This document shows positions 59,719 to 64,000 of a DNA stretch of 64,000 nucleotides, in pieces. Source of the stretch: Candidatus Kapaibacterium thiocyanatum (lineage in GTDB: Bacteria > Bacteroidota > Ignavibacteria > Kapaibacteriales > Kapaibacteriaceae); assembly GCA_001899175.1 (NCBI GenBank), contig MKVH01000002.1, positions 287,702-351,701 on the forward strand, in the 5' to 3' direction. The position numbers and the translations under genes were made by a program. Each line of letters opens with the position of its first letter. Within the stretch, counting starts at the first letter, position 1. A model generated the notes under the pieces. It was not told where the DNA came from. It did no database searches and saw only the letters and a list, made by a program, of their open reading frames with translations.

Positions 59719-60918
59719 ATGGATAGCTACATCGTTTCTCCGCTCCGCACACCTGTCGGCAAGTTCGGCGGTGCACTGCGCACGGTTCGTCCGGACGATC
59801 TCGGGGCACTCGTCATCAAGGCCGTGGTCGACCGCACGTCGGTAGCTCTGGATGCGATCGACGACGTCATCATGGGATGCGCCAACCAGGCCGGAGAGGA
59901 CAATCGTAACGTCGCGCGGATGTCGGCACTGCTCGCAGGTCTGCCCGACACTGTACCGGGCGTCACGGTCAACAGACTCTGCGCATCGTCGCTGGAAGCC
60001 GTCATCCAGGCCTCCCGTGCCGTCCGTGCCGGTGATGCGAACGTCATCGTGGCGGGTGGACTCGAAAGCATGACGCGTGCACCATATTCGATGCCCAAGA
60101 ACGTTTCCGGTGGCGCCGTCTTCGGCAACATCACCGCCTACGATACGGCGCTCGGATGGCGCTATCCGAATCCGGCCATGGAAGCCATGTTCCCCCTCGA
60201 AGCGATGGGGGAAACGGCCGAAAACGTCGCCGAGCGATGGGACATCGGGCGCGAAGAGCAGGATGCCTTCGCCTTGCGCTCGCATCAGCGGGCCGTCGCA
60301 GCGCAGGAACGGGGACTCTACGACGACGAGATCATTCCCGTCGTTCTCCCGGTGAAGAAAGGCGATCCTGTCGTCGTCGCGAAGGATGAATGTCCGCGTC
60401 AGGATACCACGCTCGAGAAGCTGGCCGTTCTGAAGCCCGCATTCAGGAAGGGTGGAAGCGTGACGCCGGGCAATGCATCGTCGTTGAACGATGGCGCGGC
60501 CGCAATGATCATCGCCAGCGAAGCGGCGTTGGAGAAGCACGCACTTGCGCCGCTCGCACGCATCATCGGTAATGGTGCGGTAGGCGTGGATCCCCGTATC
60601 ATGGGCATCGGTCCGGTCGGTGCCATTCGCATGGCATGCGAGCGTGCCGGGATCAGGGTCGCCGATCTCGGTCTGGTCGAGATCAACGAAGCCTTCGCCG
60701 CACAGAGCATCGCCTGTATCCGTGATCTGGAACTGGACACCGATATCGTGAACGTCAACGGTGGGGCGATCGCCATCGGCCATCCGCTCGGCATGAGCGG
60801 TGGCCGGATCCTCGGACATCTCGTGCGCGAGATGCACCGACGCAATGTCCGCTACGGTGCCGCTGCCCTGTGTATCGGTGTAGGTCAGGGACTGGCCGTC
60901 GTCGTCGAAAAAGCCTGA
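59719..60918 (+). CDS. Acetyl-CoA C-acetyltransferase (thiolase II)
   Basis: Active-site Cys context [10 protein letters not shown] and C-terminal [12 protein letters not shown] / CIGVGQG motifs. Confidence 0.9.
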   Translation: MDSYIVSPLRTPVGKFGGALRTVRPDDLGALVIKAVVDRTSVALDAIDDVIMGCANQAGEDNRNVARMSALLAGLPDTVPGVTVNRLCASSLEAVIQASRAVRAGDANVIVAGGLESMTRAPYSMPKNVSGGAVFGNITAYDTALGWRYPNPAMEAMFPLEAMGETAENVAERWDIGREEQDAFALRSHQRAVAAQERGLYDDEIIPVVLPVKKGDPVVVAKDECPRQDTTLEKLAVLKPAFRKGGSVTPGNASSLNDGAAAMIIASEAALEKHALAPLARIIGNGAVGVDPRIMGIGPVGAIRMACERAGIRVADLGLVEINEAFAAQSIACIRDLELDTDIVNVNGGAIAIGHPLGMSGGRILGHLVREMHRRNVRYGAAALCIGVGQGLAVVVEKA

Positions 60919-60995
60919 GCGACACGACGATGCACGTCTTCGTCATGATACCGGGGCCGGTCCGCAACCTCTTCGTAACCGTCAGGTGATCCGTC

Positions 60996-61871
60996 ATGTC
61001 GGCACAGGACATCGATACTCTCTGGGACTACCGGGACCCCGCAGCCTCCGAAGCACGCTTCAGGGAACGTCTCGCGGTGGCCATCGCCGAAGGTGAGCCC
61101 CAGGCTCTCCATCTCGAGGTGCGCACCCAGATCGCACGTACGATGTCGTTGCGCCGCATGTTCGACGAAGCCCATGCCGAACTCGATGCCATCGAGCCAT
61201 CCGTGATCGCGACGAACGAGCCCAGGCTTCATGTGCGGTGGGCCCTCGAAAAAGGACGTACCTGCAACTCGTCCGGACGCCGCGGCGAAGCCGTCGCTGC
61301 ATTCCTGTCGGCATATGACGTGGCCGAGCGCCACGGCCTCGACTACTATACCATCGACGCGATGCACATGCTCGGCATCGCTTCGCCTGCAGAGGAAGCG
61401 CTGGACTGGAACATGCGGGCCATCGCCATGATCGAGCGTACCGACGACGTCCGCTCGAAGGGATGGCTCGGGCCGTTGTACAACAACACGGCCTGGACCT
61501 TGTTCGATATGGGGCGATATGACGAAGCCCTGGCGCTGTTCGAAAAGGATATCGTTCTGCGCACCACGATGGGCAGGGCGGAGCAGGCACGTATCGCGCG
61601 GTATTCGAAGGGCCGCGTCCTGCGTGCGCTCGGGAGGCTGGACGAAGCGGAAGTCATCCAGAACGCCAATCTCGACGAGATTGAACGGTCGCAGGCCGCC
61701 GCCGATGGCTTCGTACATGAGGAAATGGGGGAACTCCTGCTCGCCCGTGGCGACGACGCGGGGGCACGGAAGCATCTTTCACGAGCGTTCGATCTGCTGT
61801 CGGCCGACGGATGGATTTCGGCCAACGAACCCGGCAGACTGGAACGATTACGGGTTCTCACGGGCCGTTGA
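60996..61871 (+). CDS. Tetratricopeptide-repeat protein
   Basis: 291 aa, several TPR-like helical hairpins, strong GC3 coding signature. The antisense 296-aa ORF is a shadow. Confidence 0.55.
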   Translation: MSAQDIDTLWDYRDPAASEARFRERLAVAIAEGEPQALHLEVRTQIARTMSLRRMFDEAHAELDAIEPSVIATNEPRLHVRWALEKGRTCNSSGRRGEAVAAFLSAYDVAERHGLDYYTIDAMHMLGIASPAEEALDWNMRAIAMIERTDDVRSKGWLGPLYNNTAWTLFDMGRYDEALALFEKDIVLRTTMGRAEQARIARYSKGRVLRALGRLDEAEVIQNANLDEIERSQAAADGFVHEEMGELLLARGDDAGARKHLSRAFDLLSADGWISANEPGRLERLRVLTGR

Positions 61872-61879
61872 GGGAATCG
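61679..61879 (+). repeat. Direct repeat copy 1 (3' end of TPR gene)
   Basis: ~200 bp about 90% identical to 62704..62924 (e.g. ggcttcgtacatgaggaaatgggggaactcctgctcgcccgtggcgac...ggccgttgagggaat). Confidence 0.8.
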
Positions 61880-61904
61880 TACAGGAATCCTGCCAAATGG
61901 GAAA

Positions 61905-62474
61905 TCAGCGTTCCAGTGCTCCCAGGTGACGGTACGCATTGAGCAACACTCCTGTTGGCGTGGTCCTCGTACTCACAAATTCGAGGTTGCGGGCGCCGAA
62001 ACTGTCTGAAAGAAGGCGTTTGCCTCTGCCCAGCAACACCGGATATACGATAAGGATAACCTCATCCGCCAACCCCTCGTCAAGCAGGGTGGACGTTAGC
62101 GATATACTTCCGGTAAGAACCAGATCCGGGCCATCTGTCGACTTCAGGTTGCGGAGCCCCTCCAGGATATCTCCGCCCAAGCCCTGTACCGGTCCCCATT
62201 CAAGGGTCTCTGGTCTATGAGTGACGACAAACTTCGTTGCGGCGTTCATAGCGTTGGCCATCGGGAAGTCCCCGGCACCAGGCCAGTATCCCAGGAATTC
62301 ATCGTAGGTCTTGCGCCCAAGAAGCATGTCGAAGTCCTTACCGTATGCTTCCAGAAGCATATTCATCCCTGCTGGGGTACGATAAGGTGCCGTCCATCCT
62401 CCGTAGGCGTAGTTCTTGTCATGCTCGATCACGCCGTCAAGGGAGCAATGTTCAAAGATTCTGATCTTTCTCAT
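61905..62474 (-). CDS. Dihydrofolate reductase-like protein (RibD C-terminal domain family)
   Basis: MRKIRIFEHCSLDGVIE...DFDMLLGRKTYDEF...VLTGSISLTSTLLDEGLADEVILIVYPVLLGRGKRLL. Visibly more A/T-rich than flanking DNA. Confidence 0.7.
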   Translation of the reverse strand: MRKIRIFEHCSLDGVIEHDKNYAYGGWTAPYRTPAGMNMLLEAYGKDFDMLLGRKTYDEFLGYWPGAGDFPMANAMNAATKFVVTHRPETLEWGPVQGLGGDILEGLRNLKSTDGPDLVLTGSISLTSTLLDEGLADEVILIVYPVLLGRGKRLLSDSFGARNLEFVSTRTTPTGVLLNAYRHLGALER

Positions 62475-62570
62475 GTCGTTGCTTCATTGTTTCATGATTG
62501 ATTGACCAAACGTAGCGCAGACCAGATTCGCACATGGGGTGCGATGTCGACATTTACGGGTGTCATTTAA

Positions 62571-62924
62571 CCATTTGCGTTGATATCGTGATATTGCCGG
62601 TACGGAATGCGGCAGGTACGTCATCAACTTGCATACGACCATGATCGATATCCGGGAACGACGTCAGGCGCAAGGTCGGTGGATGGCCGCTCGATGTCGA
62701 TACGGGATGTGCTCCATTGACCGGACAGAGCGGTTGCAGTCTGCCGCCGGCGGCTTCGTACACGAGGAAATGGGGGAACTCCTGCTCGCCCGTGGCGACG
62801 AAGCAGGGGCATGGCAGCATCTTTCACGAGCGTTCGATATGCTGTCGGCGGACCGGTGGGTCCCTGCCGACGAACCGGGCAGACTGGAGCGATTGCGGAT
62901 CCTCGCGGGCCGTTGAGGGAATGG
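62571..62924 (+). pseudogene. Chimeric gene remnant: internal fragment of the downstream PAS histidine-kinase gene fused in frame to a copy of the TPR gene 3' end
   Basis: 62571..62694 matches 63369..63545 with a ~50-bp internal deletion. 62704..62924 matches 61679..61879. A 95-aa ORF (62629..62916) spans the junction. Confidence 0.7.
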
Positions 62925-63081
62925 CATCGGCGTACGTAATTACCAGTATACCATGTGCTTACGGCGATCAGCAACAGGTAGAAATGCGGATTGATCCGAC
63001 CGACCGGTGGGACGTACGTTTGTAGCGTCCTTAACTCAAGTTCCGATCTGTCGGTAGCAGCAACCTCCAGATCGCCACCAC

Positions 63082-64000
63082 ATGAACATTAGACAAGTGC
63101 ACGACACCATGTCGGGAATGGGAACTGACGCCATTCTTCTTCATGGTCCATCCGGGGCGGTACTCTATGCCGGCCCGACCCTTGCCCCGTTGCTGGGCAT
63201 GGATGATGTGACGTCCGTGCACAACGTACTGGATGTCGTCCATCCCGATGAACGACGCGAGTTGAAGAATGCCTTTACACGGGGTTTGATCAGAGGAACG
63301 GCATACGGTCCCGCAAGACATCGGATACATCACAGGGATATCGGCTGGAGAGACGTAGACATCGTGACACTGCCGGTACGGAACGCGACGGGTAACGTCA
63401 TCGAACTGCATACGACCATGATCGACATCACGGAACGACGTCAGGCACAGGAACGTACGGCCGTACAGGAGAAACTCCTGCGCGAGACGAACGCTCTTGC
63501 CAAGGTCGGCGGATGGCAGCTCGACGTCGATACCGGCGCACTCTACTGGTCGGACGAGGTACGGCGCATCCATGACGTCACCGACGACTACGTACCCACG
63601 CTCGATGCAGCCATCGCCTTCTTCGGTGCGGAAGCACGGCCGGTCATCGGACAGGCCATGGAAGATGCGATGACGAAGGGCGGCAATCATGACCTGGAAT
63701 TGCCGGTCGTGACGGCGAACGGCAGGAATATCTGGGTGCGTACCCTGCTCAAGACGGAGTACGGTGCGGGCGGGCGTCCGAAACGTCTGTTCGGAGCTTA
63801 TCAGGACATCACCGAACGCAAGGAACAGGAACGACGCCTGGAATCTGCCATCGACCGGCTGACGAAGCACAACAAGCAACTGGAAGAATTCGGCGAGATC
63901 ATGTCTCACAACCTGCGTGCACCGGTCAGCAACCTCGTGATGCTGCTGCACATGCTCGATCAGGTGCGGACGGAACTGGACCGGCGGGAACTGATCGCCA
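63082..64000 (+). CDS. PAS-domain sensor histidine kinase (5' part; continues beyond window)
   Basis: Frame open from ATG 63082 to the window edge. Two PAS-like segments and an H-box EIMSHNLRAPVSNL (HisKA) near the end. Confidence 0.75.
   Translation, partial: MNIRQVHDTMSGMGTDAILLHGPSGAVLYAGPTLAPLLGMDDVTSVHNVLDVVHPDERRELKNAFTRGLIRGTAYGPARHRIHHRDIGWRDVDIVTLPVRNATGNVIELHTTMIDITERRQAQERTAVQEKLLRETNALAKVGGWQLDVDTGALYWSDEVRRIHDVTDDYVPTLDAAIAFFGAEARPVIGQAMEDAMTKGGNHDLELPVVTANGRNIWVRTLLKTEYGAGGRPKRLFGAYQDITERKEQERRLESAIDRLTKHNKQLEEFGEIMSHNLRAPVSNLVMLLHMLDQVRTELDRRELIA

Noticed and set aside
60885-61775. 296-aa minus-strand ORF opposite the TPR gene (and its smaller copy 62563..62820)
   Set aside because: The sense frame shows TPR-like helical repeats and saturated GC3, and the antisense copies simply track the DNA repeat.
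1-64000. Searched for CRISPR arrays, integrase/transposase genes, and toxin-antitoxin pairs
   Set aside because: No regularly spaced direct repeats with unique spacers, no recombinase- or transposase-like ORFs, and no small adjacent toxin/antitoxin-like pairs were seen. The only repeats are the ~200-bp gene-fragment duplications at 61.7/62.7 kb and short tandem repeats in the 30.6-31.4 kb gap.

Overview
High-GC (~60%+) chromosomal segment, most likely from an FCB-group bacterium (Bacteroidota/Rhodothermota-like). Supporting evidence for that placement: proteins ending in T9SS C-terminal sorting domains, a DUF4159/DUF4175 gene pair, and recurring TAnnTTTG -7-like motifs upstream of genes. The window is densely coded and mostly core chromosome. 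It contains, in order: a polysaccharide-biosynthesis cluster (Wzz-like, three GT4 glycosyltransferases, a SAM methyltransferase); uvrB; queA; an M32 carboxypeptidase; a UDG-like gene; tRNA-Thr(CGU) with a terminator; a CASTOR/POLLUX-like RCK channel; an RsbU/RsbV/RsbW-type partner-switching module with a membrane PP2C phosphatase; a tightly coupled System I cytochrome c maturation operon (ccmC, ccmD, ccmE, a ccmE-like paralog, ccmF); rluE; a cell-surface locus with two paralogous ~680-aa OmpA-family proteins flanking a ~1430-aa vWA+WD40+Ig-like+T9SS-CTD protein, plus a second T9SS-CTD protein and a GT4; nth; a GT2; rsmG; DUF4159; DUF4175 (giant coiled-coil); purT; priA; htrA; lptB; a TonB-dependent receptor; nnr; vanZ; a PBP4-type dacB; miaA; pcm; cdaA; phoH; a LysM protein; valS; thiolase; a TPR protein; a low-GC DHFR-like gene; and a partial PAS histidine kinase. 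Most worth a second look: (i) the CcmE carries C-P-S-K-Y (CxxxY) in place of the canonical HxxxY heme-binding motif and is followed by a second CcmE-fold paralog; (ii) a mosaic rearrangement at 61.7-63.5 kb, where ~200-bp and ~125-bp copies of the TPR gene 3' end and an internal PAS-kinase segment are fused in frame next to an AT-richer DHFR-like insertion; (iii) the vWA-WD40-T9SS giant protein flanked by OmpA paralogs with an 810-bp apparently non-coding leader region. No CRISPR array, integrase/transposase or recognisable defence system was seen.
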